The notes: a model not told the origin generated them from the sequence alone. A stretch of 32,000 nt of DNA from Planctopirus limnophila DSM 3776 (GCF_000092105.1 NC_014148.1:1770001-1802000), one strand, 5' to 3'. Counted from the first letter of the stretch, positions 1-8,888 are shown. Program-made: numbers and translations.

Positions 1-163
1 GCACCGGGACATCGACCGATCGTGACGAAACGACTTCCAGCACAGATTCCACTCCACAAGATTCCATAAAAGATTTTCTTGATGAATTGAATCCGAGTAA
101 TGTTCAATACGCCAGCCACAATCCCCCGCAAGCACTGATTTAAGTCACTTGAAGGATTCGAAA

Positions 164-1120
164 ATGTACCAGATGGGAATTGAAATCGGAGGAACCAAAC
201 TTCAATTGGCTGTCGGTCAAGCTGGCGAAACCAGTTTCATAGAAGTCGTACGGCATGAGATCGACCGGTCTCTGGGAGCCCCCAGCATTTTGGGTCTCTT
301 GGAAAATGAAGTTCCCAGGCTGTGCCAGAAGTATCAGATCAGTGGTGTGGGCGTGGGTTTTGGCGGCCCCGTCTGGTCTGATCAAGGGATAGTGCAGACC
401 TCACATCAGGTTCGTGGCTGGGATCACTTTCCATTGGGAAACTGGCTTCATGAACGGTCAGGTTGCCCCGTTATCCTGGCCAATGACTGTGACACGGCTG
501 GTCTGGCTGAAGCTCGATTTGGAGCCGGGGTGGGCAAATCGTCGATGTTCTTTATTACTGTAGGGACAGGAATTGGTGGCGGGCTGATTCTCAATGGCCG
601 TATTCATGGCACTTCGCGACCGGCTGCTGCAGAGATCGGGCATTTGCGACCCGGTCTCGATGCCTGCAGCCCGAGCCAGACAATTGAAGCTTTGGCAGCA
701 GGGCCGGCGATCAGTGAGTTCACGGCCCGCCAGCTGCGTGTACTGACGGAAACCGAAACGCTCTCTTCGGATGCTCGAGAGATTCTGGACAGTTGCGAAG
801 GAGATCTTGATCGCCTCACAACCCGGCTGTTGGGAATTCACGCTGGCAATGGCAACAGCATTGCCCTGCGAGCGTTTGCCGAGGCGGCTCATGCTCTCGG
901 CTGGGGCATTGCTCAGATGATCACATTGATCGCCCCAGAGAGAGTGGTCATCGGCGGAGGTGTGTCTCTCACGAAACCGCACGTCTTTCTCGAACCACTC
1001 GCCAAGTTCACGGAAACATACGTCTTCGGTCAACTGAAAGACTCTTATGACATTGTCCCCGCTGCACTGGGGGAGACTGTTGTCCTGCACGGAGCCTTGG
1101 CACTTGCCCAGAATGCCTGA
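164..1120 (+). CDS. ROK-family sugar kinase (glucokinase-like); cysteine-rich zinc motif degenerate
   Basis: The track ORF 149..1120 opens with TTG. The first ATG at 164 gives MYQMGIEIGGTKLQ, an ASKHA/ROK N-terminal phosphate-binding motif. It also carries ILANDCDTAGLAEARFGAG and ITVGTGIGGG motifs. ATG 173 is an alternative start. Confidence 0.8.
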   Translation: MYQMGIEIGGTKLQLAVGQAGETSFIEVVRHEIDRSLGAPSILGLLENEVPRLCQKYQISGVGVGFGGPVWSDQGIVQTSHQVRGWDHFPLGNWLHERSGCPVILANDCDTAGLAEARFGAGVGKSSMFFITVGTGIGGGLILNGRIHGTSRPAAAEIGHLRPGLDACSPSQTIEALAAGPAISEFTARQLRVLTETETLSSDAREILDSCEGDLDRLTTRLLGIHAGNGNSIALRAFAEAAHALGWGIAQMITLIAPERVVIGGGVSLTKPHVFLEPLAKFTETYVFGQLKDSYDIVPAALGETVVLHGALALAQNA

Positions 1121-1327
1121 AGAGGACGCCTGGCTCTTGAGATGAAACAACTGATGAGATGACGCAACTGACAACGCCATAATGACAATCACGGCCTTGC
1201 TCTAGAGTTAGCGATGTGTGGTCATCAACTCTTGAGGAAAGCCGTGATGGATTTGGCTGAAAAATCGGGTGTTACTCAAACAGGTGTTGCTCAACCTGCG
1301 AGCCGACCAATTCTGTTTGCTTGCGAA

Positions 1328-1513
1328 TTACTTGGCAGCTTCGAGCTGGCGAAGTGTTTCACTCATGACAGCCACTTGGTTATTGAAGCGGTTGGAGTGA
1401 AACATGAAGGTTGCCCGCTTGACAGAGCTACCAGCAATATTGGCAAGGTTCGAATACTTGGCAGCCAGAGCCTTCTTGACTTCGATCTTGTTCTTCAAAA
1501 CTTTCAGAGACAT
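1328..1513 (-). CDS. hypothetical small Lys-rich helical protein (61 aa)
   Basis: This is the only protein-like ORF in the 1121-1725 gap. ATG 1513 has GGATGA 6 nt upstream, and the track start 1519 is a TTG. The translation is MSLKVLKNKIEVKKALAAKYSNLANIAGSSVKRATF... I recognise no family. Confidence 0.4.
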   Translation of the reverse strand: MSLKVLKNKIEVKKALAAKYSNLANIAGSSVKRATFMFHSNRFNNQVAVMSETLRQLEAAK

Positions 1514-1725
1514 GTTCAATCATCCATTCAGCAAAGCAATGATCATCAATAAAGAGACACACTTCCGGGGTGGCTCTGTAAGTTGTGGGAGAATAACACG
1601 TTGCTTCCGCTTTGTCACGTCTGACGAGGTGATCCTTCGGCGGGCTCACGAGAGCTGGCCAACGGCGGACTTCGTTATGCCCGAATTTTGTTCAGAAGCA
1701 TTTCAAATTGAGACTGAGCAGGTGG

Positions 1726-2202
1726 TCAGGAAGCGACGGTGATTGACTTAACCTCAAACATGGGAAGGAGATTCGTCAATCGGAGGACCTGCTGGATATC
1801 TTCGCTCGGATTATAAAGTTCGATCCTGTCAACCTGCTTTCGCAAGGTTGTGAGCAAGCCGAGCATGCCACTGGGCATTAATTTGACGCCACTGCAGTCA
1901 AATGCGAGGACTGAACAAGTGTTGTCTTCGAGTAGTTTTCGCAATTGCTCGCGATAGGAAGCAATGCAGACTTCATCGGGAACATCCTGCCCGCCAAAAC
2001 CCACCACAGTCAAAGCCCCGGTCTGATAAACCTGGAGGACGTCATTGCGGACGGCCGGTTTTTGACGTGGTTTGGATGGGGGACAGGCAGTATCTCCATC
2101 ATCAAAGATGCTGCCTGTGTTTGCACTGGTAGCGGATGATTTTTCGTGGAGTGAATCACCAGAAAGACCTGCTGTATCTGCCATTTCGGAGTCTCCAGAC
2201 AT
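1726..2202 (-). CDS. STAS-domain protein (anti-sigma-factor-antagonist-like) with low-complexity N-terminus
   Basis: The C-terminal ~100 aa, LTVVGFGG...VLAFDCSGVKLMPSGMLGLLTTLRKQVDRIELYNPSEDIQQVLRLTNL, match the SpoIIAA/RsbV-type STAS pattern, including a Ser in the PSG position. The N-terminal ~55 aa are Ser/Asp/Thr-rich. ATG 2184 is an alternative start and has GGAGA upstream. Confidence 0.7.
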   Translation of the reverse strand: MSGDSEMADTAGLSGDSLHEKSSATSANTGSIFDDGDTACPPSKPRQKPAVRNDVLQVYQTGALTVVGFGGQDVPDEVCIASYREQLRKLLEDNTCSVLAFDCSGVKLMPSGMLGLLTTLRKQVDRIELYNPSEDIQQVLRLTNLLPMFEVKSITVAS

Positions 2203-2406
2203 CTCAGGGACTCAAACTTGCCTGACCAAAGGCATTTTGCCGGATGATCAGTAATCACCCTCGGTCAACCCTAACAACATCCTGCCAATCCAACCTGACA
2301 ACCGCAAGGAGTTGTTCGCCGTTCTGTATATGAAATCTCCAAACATTCAGGTTTGAGCAACTTCGATCCCGAATATTCATTTCTCGCTTAGGAACGACCT
2401 GGGGCC

Positions 2407-3489
2407 TTACTTGAGGTTTCGAGGAGGCTTTCGACCGGTGATTTTGTAAACGTATGCCAGAATTTCTGCGAAGACAGCATAGAGGTCTGAAGGGATGGGG
2501 TCACCCACACGCGTCAGTTTGTAAAGTGCCCGCGCGACAGGTTTTCGCTCAATGATCGGGACGCCGTTCTCTGCTGCCAGCCTTCGAATCTGGGCAGCCA
2601 ATTCTCCTGCCCCTTTGGCGACAACAATCGGTGCAGGCATCGTGGCGACGTCGTATTTGATCGCAATGGCAATTTCTGTTGGGTTAGTGATGACGACATC
2701 GGCTGTCTTGACCGACTGAAGTTCACGCCCTTGAGTCAATTTGCGATGAGCTTCGCGCCGGCGCATGCGAATCAATGGATCGCCATCCATCTCTTTGTAT
2801 TCATCCCGGATTTCCTGCTTACTCATCTTCAGATCCTGCTCGTACTTCCACCACTGAAAGGCAAAATCAGCGAGAGCAGCGACGAAAATCGCCAAAGCCA
2901 TCCAGAAAATGAGTGAGATCAGTTCTGAGCCTGCCACCACCGCGACAACTGTCAAAGGTTGATGTGCCAAGGCGGCAAAGCGGTGTAGCCCATCGTACAC
3001 AAACCAGGTCGCCACAGAGCCCAGTAAGGCGAGTTTTGCCAGATTGGCACCCAGCCTCGCAACAGAAGTAATCGAGAACAACCGCTGAATTCCCGAAAGC
3101 GGATTGATCCTCTCCCATTTGGGTTGAAGGACTTCCGGTGAAAACAAAAATCCGACTTGCAGGAGATTAATCGCAATCGCAGCCAGAGCCAGCAGTATAA
3201 GTAGTGGCGCTACCTGCCAGCCCGATTCGCCCAGGTGCGCCCATGCCAGAGAGACCAGATCATTCTGGTCAAACGTCGTCCAGGGAGCAGCGGAAAGGCT
3301 GTTTCTCATCAAACGGGCCATGTATTCGGCCACATTCCGACCATGCCACCAGAGGACACCAGCCGATCCCAGCATCAGTGCAGCGGCGGTGAGATCCTGG
3401 CTTTTGACAACGTTCCCCTGCTCGCGCGCTTCGCTACGCCTGCGCTCGGTTGGGTCTTCGGTTTTGTCGCCGGATTCATCTTCGGCCAT
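2407..3489 (-). CDS. flhB: flagellar/type III export switch protein FlhB
   Basis: The N-terminus MAEDESGDKTEDPTERRRSEAREQGNVVKSQDL is classic FlhB/YscU. There are four hydrophobic segments. The C-terminal domain reads ADVVITNPTEIAIAIKYD...IVVAKGAGELAAQIRRLAAENGVPIIERKPVARALY. ATG 3489 lies 11 nt after AGGAGG, and the track GTG start at 3501 overlaps that SD. Confidence 0.9.
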   Translation of the reverse strand: MAEDESGDKTEDPTERRRSEAREQGNVVKSQDLTAAALMLGSAGVLWWHGRNVAEYMARLMRNSLSAAPWTTFDQNDLVSLAWAHLGESGWQVAPLLILLALAAIAINLLQVGFLFSPEVLQPKWERINPLSGIQRLFSITSVARLGANLAKLALLGSVATWFVYDGLHRFAALAHQPLTVVAVVAGSELISLIFWMALAIFVAALADFAFQWWKYEQDLKMSKQEIRDEYKEMDGDPLIRMRRREAHRKLTQGRELQSVKTADVVITNPTEIAIAIKYDVATMPAPIVVAKGAGELAAQIRRLAAENGVPIIERKPVARALYKLTRVGDPIPSDLYAVFAEILAYVYKITGRKPPRNLK

Positions 3490-3555
3490 GGCCTGAGGCA
3501 CCTCCTGTTGAGGTGATCATGCCAAAGAAAGGGTATTTCCAGAAAGATCAGTTTG

Positions 3556-3586
3556 TTGATGGATCTCCTGGAGCCTAGGCCATCAA
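3556..3586 (-). promoter_or_regulatory. inverted repeat (7-bp arms TTGATGG/CCATCAA, 17-nt spacer containing CCTAGG) between the RCK gene and flhB
   Basis: I read it directly from the sequence. There is no T-tract after it on the minus strand, so its function as a terminator or operator is unresolved. Confidence 0.25.
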
Positions 3587-3623
3587 ATCAATTCGGGAAA
3601 ATTCGTCCCAAATTTGGAAGAGA

Positions 3624-4307
3624 TCACTCGTGTGGCAATTTACCCAGATTCTCATTCGCCCCAATCAGCATGAGGATATCCTGCTCCTCGATGACTTCGT
3701 CGGGTTGGGGCACGCCAATCATTTTCCGAGTCTCTTCGAGTTCACTCCCTGCCGGGGCTGGGATTGACCGACGGATGGCGACCAGATTGACGCCATATTT
3801 CGCTCGCAGATTCAGCTCGCGAAGTGTCTTGCCACGAAAAGCACTGGGAGCTCTCAATTCAATCAGCGTGTAACCTTCACCCAGATCGACGAAATCCTCG
3901 AGTGAAGGGTTGGCCAGCCTTCTCGCCAGTGCAATGCCAGCTTCCGATTCGGGCTGAATCACTTCGTCAGCACCGATCTTGAGAAAAATCTGTGCGTGCA
4001 TCGACGTGGTGGCTCTTACAATCACCTTGGGAATGCCAAGTTTCTTGGCCAGCACTGCTGTCAGAAGTGCTGCCTCGAAATTCTCGCCAATCGCTACAAC
4101 CAGATAATCACATTTATGAACGTCCTGCCCCCTCAAGGCCCGTTCATCGGTGGCGTCGAGCACAACAGCCACATCCACCAGATCTTTGACATCAGCCACC
4201 GCATCTGCCGAAGTATCGATGGCGATCACCTGTGCCCGCGTCGAGGCCAGTTGCTCGATGACAGCGATTCCAAATCGACCAAGACCAACAATTGCGACTC
4301 TTTGCAC
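3624..4307 (-). CDS. TrkA/KtrA-type RCK protein (TrkA-N Rossmann domain plus TrkA-C); peripheral K+ transport regulatory subunit
   Basis: The GTG start gives VQRVAIVGLGRFGIAVIEQL, with the GxGxxG right at the N-terminus. The C-terminal part, YTLIELRAPSAFRGKTLRELNLRAKYGVNLVAIRR...ILMLIGANENL, is typical TrkA-C. Confidence 0.85.
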   Translation of the reverse strand: MQRVAIVGLGRFGIAVIEQLASTRAQVIAIDTSADAVADVKDLVDVAVVLDATDERALRGQDVHKCDYLVVAIGENFEAALLTAVLAKKLGIPKVIVRATTSMHAQIFLKIGADEVIQPESEAGIALARRLANPSLEDFVDLGEGYTLIELRAPSAFRGKTLRELNLRAKYGVNLVAIRRSIPAPAGSELEETRKMIGVPQPDEVIEEQDILMLIGANENLGKLPHE

Positions 4308-4540
4308 TTGGCCTGTTCCCCAGTGAAATACTCTTCATGGCACGTTCGAAAACATCAGCATCGCAAAAATGACCTACAAAATAGAGAGTCAACTTTTGAC
4401 ACGATCATTTTCCTGTCCGTCGAAACAATAATGGATTTCGTGGCTTGTGAGAAACGGAAGCACTGCGAAAGATGTGTTGGCATTTGTTTGTGAAGCACAT
4501 CCTGCCAGTTTTCGAGATTCATCAAGTGGCAAGATTCTGA

Positions 4541-4855
4541 ATGATGGCACTCCCGTTAAATCGTTTGGAGCATGCGGAGATGTTGGAGAGAATCTGGCAG
4601 CCTGTCAGACTTTGTCAGGTGGCGACCGAAGTCGAGGCTCAATTGATCGTTTCCATCTTGGATCAGTCTGGAATCCATGCTCGAGCACTCGGAGGTTATA
4701 TTTCGGGCTTTCGAGCGGAAGTTCCCGGCATGGTCTCAATACTGGTCGATCAGCTCGACTATCAGGCAGCCCAGCAGATTTACGCACAACAGCAGAAACT
4801 GGCTCAACAAATCGACTGGGATCGAATTGATGTGGGCAATCCGGAGGAAGAATAG
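4541..4855 (+). CDS. DUF2007-like small protein (putative signal-transducing, PII-like fold)
   Basis: It has an ATG start. The core VATEVEAQLIVSILDQSGIHARALGG...GMVSILVDQLDYQAAQQIY follows the DUF2007 pattern: a beta strand, a helix with xLExxGI, and a second beta-alpha unit. Confidence 0.55.
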   Translation: MMALPLNRLEHAEMLERIWQPVRLCQVATEVEAQLIVSILDQSGIHARALGGYISGFRAEVPGMVSILVDQLDYQAAQQIYAQQQKLAQQIDWDRIDVGNPEEE

Positions 4856-4942
4856 TTCACTTCAAAATTTCTCTTTCAAATTCCCCACATCGATTACGAC
4901 CATCTCCATATTCTTGATCCGGCTCTGAAAGAAAGACAACTC

Positions 4943-5350
4943 ATGGAAGAACTCATTTCAAAAGGAGCAGATTTCCTCCTCGCTGCAGGAAATCTGCTGC
5001 TGGCTTTAGCGGATGTTGGCCGAACCTGGTTACCCTGGATTTGCTGGTGCGGGTTCAGTTTGTTCTGTATCGACTGGCACAGCGCTTACCGCCTGCTGAG
5101 CCGGCAAACGGCACTTCCATTACTCCTGCTGTTCGGATTGATCTGTACGGTGACGACATTTCTGCAGAGCACCTCGGGCGTCGTGCCGGCAACACCCATG
5201 GCTGGCGGATGGCAACTTTCTCCCTGGACGATTTCGATCATACAGGTTTCACTCGCAGCCGGTTTGGCCATGTTCATGGGCACAATTCAGCTGCTGGTGG
5301 CTCCCCGAAGAATCGCTGTCCAGCCAATCAATGATCGTCGGAGTCATTAA
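4943..5350 (+). CDS. hypothetical integral membrane protein (3-4 predicted TM segments)
   Basis: It has an ATG start and clear hydrophobic stretches (LLAAGNLLLALA, WICWCGFSLFCI, LPLLLLFGLICTV, ISIIQVSLAAGLAMFMG). I recognise no family. Confidence 0.5.
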   Translation: MEELISKGADFLLAAGNLLLALADVGRTWLPWICWCGFSLFCIDWHSAYRLLSRQTALPLLLLFGLICTVTTFLQSTSGVVPATPMAGGWQLSPWTISIIQVSLAAGLAMFMGTIQLLVAPRRIAVQPINDRRSH

Positions 5351-5365
5351 CCGAAGCGATTTCTT

Positions 5366-5385
5366 CACCACGCACTCCCGTGGTG
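5366..5385 (+). terminator. possible weak terminator hairpin CACCACG-cactcc-CGTGGTG
   Basis: It is a 7-bp GC-rich stem 16 nt after the stop of the 4943..5350 CDS. It is followed only by a poor T-tract (ggtggcaatctttt). Confidence 0.3.
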
Positions 5386-5491
5386 GGTGGCAATCTTTTG
5401 CCTTGCCATGATTGAAAACCACGTCTGGATTCACTCAAACTCTTATCCAAACAACTTTGTCGAGTGCTGAGAGTTCTTCAGAGAGAGACCG

Positions 5492-6928
5492 ATGACTGCC
5501 AATGCCCGACGACATGAACTCGATCCGCAAGTCCGAATCGAGCACGATTTAATCGGCCCCAAAGAAGTACCTGCAGATGCCTATTTTGGCGTACAAACAG
5601 TCCGAGCGATCGAAAACTTTTCGATCTCAGGTGTGCCGATCAATCATTACCCGCATCTGATTCGAGCGCTGGCTATGGTGAAAATGGCTTGTGCGAGAGC
5701 CAATTTTGATGTGGGTAAACTCTCTCCCGAAATTCTGGCTGGCATTGAGAAAGCCTGCGAAGATCTCATTGAGGGCAAACTTCACGAACACTTCGTACTG
5801 GATGTCCTTCAGGGCGGGGCTGGCACATCGACCAATATGAATGCCAACGAAGTCATTGCCAACCGGGCACTGGAGCATATGGGTTACACCAAAGGTGAGT
5901 ATCGCTTCTGCGATCCCCACGACCATGTCAACAAATCTCAATCCACCAATGACGTCTATCCTTCAGCACTTCATCTGGCTCTGCTCCTGGGCAACGCCGA
6001 CCTGATGGCTGAATTCCGCCTGCTGATCAATTCCTTCCGCGCGAAAGCCGACGAATTCTCTGATATCGTCAAGATGGGACGCACCCAGCTTCAAGATGCA
6101 GTCCCCATGACTTTAGGTCAGGAGTTTCTGGGCTGGGCCAACAGTCTCGAAGATGAGCTTGATGCGCTCCAGTTCGTCGAACAGGTGCTCTACGAGGTGA
6201 ATCTGGGCGGGACTGCGATTGGAACGGGCCTCAATGCCCCTCGAGGCTATGCCGCCAAATGTGTCGAACATCTCGCTGTCATTTCAAAAAAGCCGATTCA
6301 TCTGGCTCGAAATCTCGTTGAAGCCACGCAGGATACTCAGGCCTTTGTGCTCTACTCAGCCACACTCAAAAGTCTGGCCATTAAACTCTCCAAAATCTGT
6401 AATGATCTGAGATTACTCTCTTCCGGCCCACGAACTGGTATTAACGAAATCAACCTGCCAGCGTTACAGCCAGGCTCAACAATCATGCCCGGTAAGGTCA
6501 ATCCGGTGATGCCGGAAGTGGTCAACATGGTCTGTTTTCGGGTCATTGGCAACGACCTGACAGTCACGATGGGTGCCGAGGCGGGCCAATTACAGCTCAA
6601 TGTGATGGAACCTGTAATCGCAGCCTGTCTGCTCGAATCACAAACGCTCTTTATGAATGCTGCCCGATCGTTACGAACCTTCTGCATCGACGGAATCACG
6701 GCCAATCGCGATGTTTGCCAGCGGTACATCGAACAGAGTGTTGGCGTGGTCACGGCATTGAATCCTCTGCTCGGATACGAGAAGGCGACTGTTCTTGCCG
6801 CTGAAGCCATGCGAACGGGCAAAGGGATTGTGCAACTTGTTCGTGAACAGCAACTGCTGACTGAAGAGCAGATTCAGCATGTGCTCGATCCCTCAGTCAT
6901 GACAGGGCGATCCTCACATCGAGAGTAA
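5492..6928 (+). CDS. aspA: aspartate ammonia-lyase (aspartase)
   Basis: The full length resembles AspA: RIEHDLIGPKEVPADAYFGVQTVRAIENF, GGAGTSTNMNANEVIANRALE, HVNKSQSTNDVYP, and the signature loop GSTIMPGKVNP. Confidence 0.9.
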   Translation: MTANARRHELDPQVRIEHDLIGPKEVPADAYFGVQTVRAIENFSISGVPINHYPHLIRALAMVKMACARANFDVGKLSPEILAGIEKACEDLIEGKLHEHFVLDVLQGGAGTSTNMNANEVIANRALEHMGYTKGEYRFCDPHDHVNKSQSTNDVYPSALHLALLLGNADLMAEFRLLINSFRAKADEFSDIVKMGRTQLQDAVPMTLGQEFLGWANSLEDELDALQFVEQVLYEVNLGGTAIGTGLNAPRGYAAKCVEHLAVISKKPIHLARNLVEATQDTQAFVLYSATLKSLAIKLSKICNDLRLLSSGPRTGINEINLPALQPGSTIMPGKVNPVMPEVVNMVCFRVIGNDLTVTMGAEAGQLQLNVMEPVIAACLLESQTLFMNAARSLRTFCIDGITANRDVCQRYIEQSVGVVTALNPLLGYEKATVLAAEAMRTGKGIVQLVREQQLLTEEQIQHVLDPSVMTGRSSHRE

Positions 6929-7019
6929 AAGACTTCAGAACCTTCCGACGTTCTATTGATTCACTTACCAGATGCGGGCGACTTTCATACTCCTGCATCG
7001 GCATCATTGAAAAGCATCC

Positions 7020-8015
7020 ATGAGTATCATCGAGGCACAGCAGCTCTCCAAAAGCTATAAGGTCTTCCGCAAGAAAGAAGGTCTGCTCGGTTCGATCCAG
7101 GGAGTCTTTCATCGAGAATACAAGGTGATTGAAGCTGTTCGAGATGTCAGTTTCTCTATTGAAAAAGGGGAAATGGTCGCGTTCCTGGGGGCGAATGGTG
7201 CCGGCAAGACCACCACACTCAAACTCCTCTCGGGATTGATTCATCCCACGACGGGTGAAGCTCACGTTTTGGGTCACATTCCCTGGAAGCGGGAAAATGC
7301 TTACCGCAGACGATTCTCTCTCGTCATGGGTCAAAAGAATCAGCTCTGGTGGGATCTGCCCGCGGTCGAATCTTTCCGTTTACACCAGGAAATTTATCGG
7401 ATCGACAAGGCGGTCTATGATCGCCGACTCGATGAACTGACTTCGCTGCTCGAAGTGAAGCCTCTCATTCGGCAAGCGGTGCGGGAACTCTCCTTAGGCG
7501 AACGCATGCGCATGGAATTGATTGCTGCCTTGCTGCACGCGCCTGAGGTTCTTCTTCTCGATGAACCCACAATTGGCCTCGATGTCGTCTCGCAGCGTCG
7601 AGTGCAGGATTTTCTCAAGTTTTACCAGCAGTCACAGCAGATTACGGTCATTCTCACCAGCCACTATATGAAGGACGTGCAGGCTCTCTGCAAACGGGCC
7701 ATTATCATCAGTGGTGGCACACTGCGATACGATGGCCCGCTGGCCGAACTGGTCGAAAAATTCAGCCAGTACAAGCTGCTTTCCTTGCAGTTTGCCGGCG
7801 AGTTCAATGCGGACGAACTGCAGACTTACGGCCGTATTATCGAGCACTTGCCCCCACGGGTGAAACTTGAAGTTCCCCGGCACAATCTTCCCGAACTCCT
7901 TTCGAATCTGCTCGCCCGCTACTCCATCGAGGATCTTGAAGTCCAGGAGCGACCTCTGGAAGATGTGATTGCCGAAGTCTTCACGGCGGCCATGTCACAA
8001 TCAACTGAGAAGTAG
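7020..8015 (+). CDS. ABC transporter ATP-binding protein (ABC-2/uncharacterised-exporter class)
   Basis: It has Walker [10 protein letters not shown], the signature [11 protein letters not shown] and Walker [12 protein letters not shown]. The stretch [16 protein letters not shown] and the ~100-aa C-terminal extension resemble the class I recall as COG4586 ATPases. Confidence 0.9.
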   Translation: MSIIEAQQLSKSYKVFRKKEGLLGSIQGVFHREYKVIEAVRDVSFSIEKGEMVAFLGANGAGKTTTLKLLSGLIHPTTGEAHVLGHIPWKRENAYRRRFSLVMGQKNQLWWDLPAVESFRLHQEIYRIDKAVYDRRLDELTSLLEVKPLIRQAVRELSLGERMRMELIAALLHAPEVLLLDEPTIGLDVVSQRRVQDFLKFYQQSQQITVILTSHYMKDVQALCKRAIIISGGTLRYDGPLAELVEKFSQYKLLSLQFAGEFNADELQTYGRIIEHLPPRVKLEVPRHNLPELLSNLLARYSIEDLEVQERPLEDVIAEVFTAAMSQSTEK

Positions 8016-8047
8016 GTTCTCAGTTTCCAGCGAAAGTGATCACTGAA

Positions 8048-8845
8048 ATGACAAGCCATCGCAGTTGTCTCAACACGCTTCTAATGTTCCCTTTCGCTCT
8101 GGCATTCCTGCTGGGTGTGAATCAATCTGCGATTGCGAATGAAGAGACTCCTGCTGAAGCCGCATTCCAGAAGCTGCACGAGAGCGAGCAGAAAAAATAC
8201 GCTCAGTTGGCCGAATCGTATTTGATGGCTCTTAAAGATCAGCCCGATAACCCGGTACTCTGGCTGCAGGCTGGTGATGCCCGCTTTTTCGCGGGCGATA
8301 GTGCTGGGGCACTGGCGGCATACGATGAATGCCTGAGAATCTCTCCCGCTCGCTATGCTTCATTCTGGCAGCGTGGGCTGGTGTTGCATGCATTGGGCAA
8401 GTGGAAAGACGGGGCACTTCAGTTTGAAGCGTACCATGAGCAGATCAGTCAGTCAGACCGCGAAAATGGCCTCTGGCAGTTTCTCTGTAACCGGGAACAA
8501 TTCGACGAAAAAACAGCACTTCAAAAGCGAATCCGCTACGAGAAAGTGGATCGACAACCGTTCCCACTCGTCTATCGCTATTACGAAGGAGAAGTGACAC
8601 TCGAACAAGTTAAGGCACAGCTTGCCCAAGCTTCTCTCACAAAAAATGAACAGCAATCGACCGATTTTTATCTGCCGCTCTACGTGGCTCTGTTAACGGA
8701 TGCTCGCGGACAGAAAGACAAAGCCAGAGCTTTGTACGACGAAGCCCTCCAATCGACCTGGGCACGCGAGGCAGGTTATGGCCCGCAATACATGTGGCAA
8801 GTTGCCCGGTTACAACGAGCGCGCCTGCCCAAAAACACGAAATGA
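8048..8845 (+). CDS. secreted TPR-like repeat protein, unknown function
   Basis: ATG 8048 gives the signal peptide MTSHRSCLNTLLMFPFALAFLLGVNQSAIA|NEE; the track start 8036 is a GTG. The body is helical and repeat-like (AGDARFFAGDSAGALAAYDECLRISP...). It begins 32 nt after the ABC ATPase stop. Confidence 0.65.
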   Translation: MTSHRSCLNTLLMFPFALAFLLGVNQSAIANEETPAEAAFQKLHESEQKKYAQLAESYLMALKDQPDNPVLWLQAGDARFFAGDSAGALAAYDECLRISPARYASFWQRGLVLHALGKWKDGALQFEAYHEQISQSDRENGLWQFLCNREQFDEKTALQKRIRYEKVDRQPFPLVYRYYEGEVTLEQVKAQLAQASLTKNEQQSTDFYLPLYVALLTDARGQKDKARALYDEALQSTWAREAGYGPQYMWQVARLQRARLPKNTK

Positions 8846-8888
8846 ATGGTCATCTAGAAACAGATATCGCTTGTTGAAGAGTTCTCAT

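Noticed and set aside
3-143. An open frame runs in from the window edge to TAA at 141-143 (...DSIKDFLDELNPSNVQYASHNPPQALI). It could be the 3' end of an upstream plus-strand gene.
   Set aside because: Only 47 codons are visible and there is no recognisable motif. It cannot be told apart from a chance open frame, so I did not list it as a feature.
458-1192. Long antisense ORFs opposite well-supported genes: 458..1192(-), 14479..15111(-), 16607..17662(-), 21286..21909(-), 25253..25849(-) and 31271..31948(-).
   Set aside because: Each lies entirely within, and antisense to, a CDS with strong family motifs (ROK, SppA, SBP, AHAS, heme protein, MalQ). Their translations are Arg/Ser/Gly-rich and have no motifs. 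They are typical shadow ORFs in moderately GC-rich DNA.
1514-1725. A possible sigma-28-type flagellar promoter (GGGCATAA-like -10 element) upstream of the 61-aa ORF on the minus strand.
   Set aside because: Only the -10-like half resembles GCCGATAA. There is no TAAA element at the right spacing. The consensus for this phylum is unknown to me, so the call would be too speculative.
1214-1742. Plus-strand ORFs 1214..1552 and 1404..1742 (112 aa each) in the ROK/STAS gap.
   Set aside because: They overlap each other and the more protein-like minus-strand 61-aa ORF. The sequences are Cys/His/Arg-rich, have no domain signature, and have no sensible start context.
7020-8015. The idea that the orphan ABC ATPase is the missing energiser of the YejABE-like importer at 15320..20822.
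   Set aside because: The ATPase has the exporter/ABC-2-type sequence pattern, not the OppD/OppF/YejF type with its characteristic C-terminal oligopeptide-transporter domain. The two loci are 7 kb apart with unrelated genes between them.
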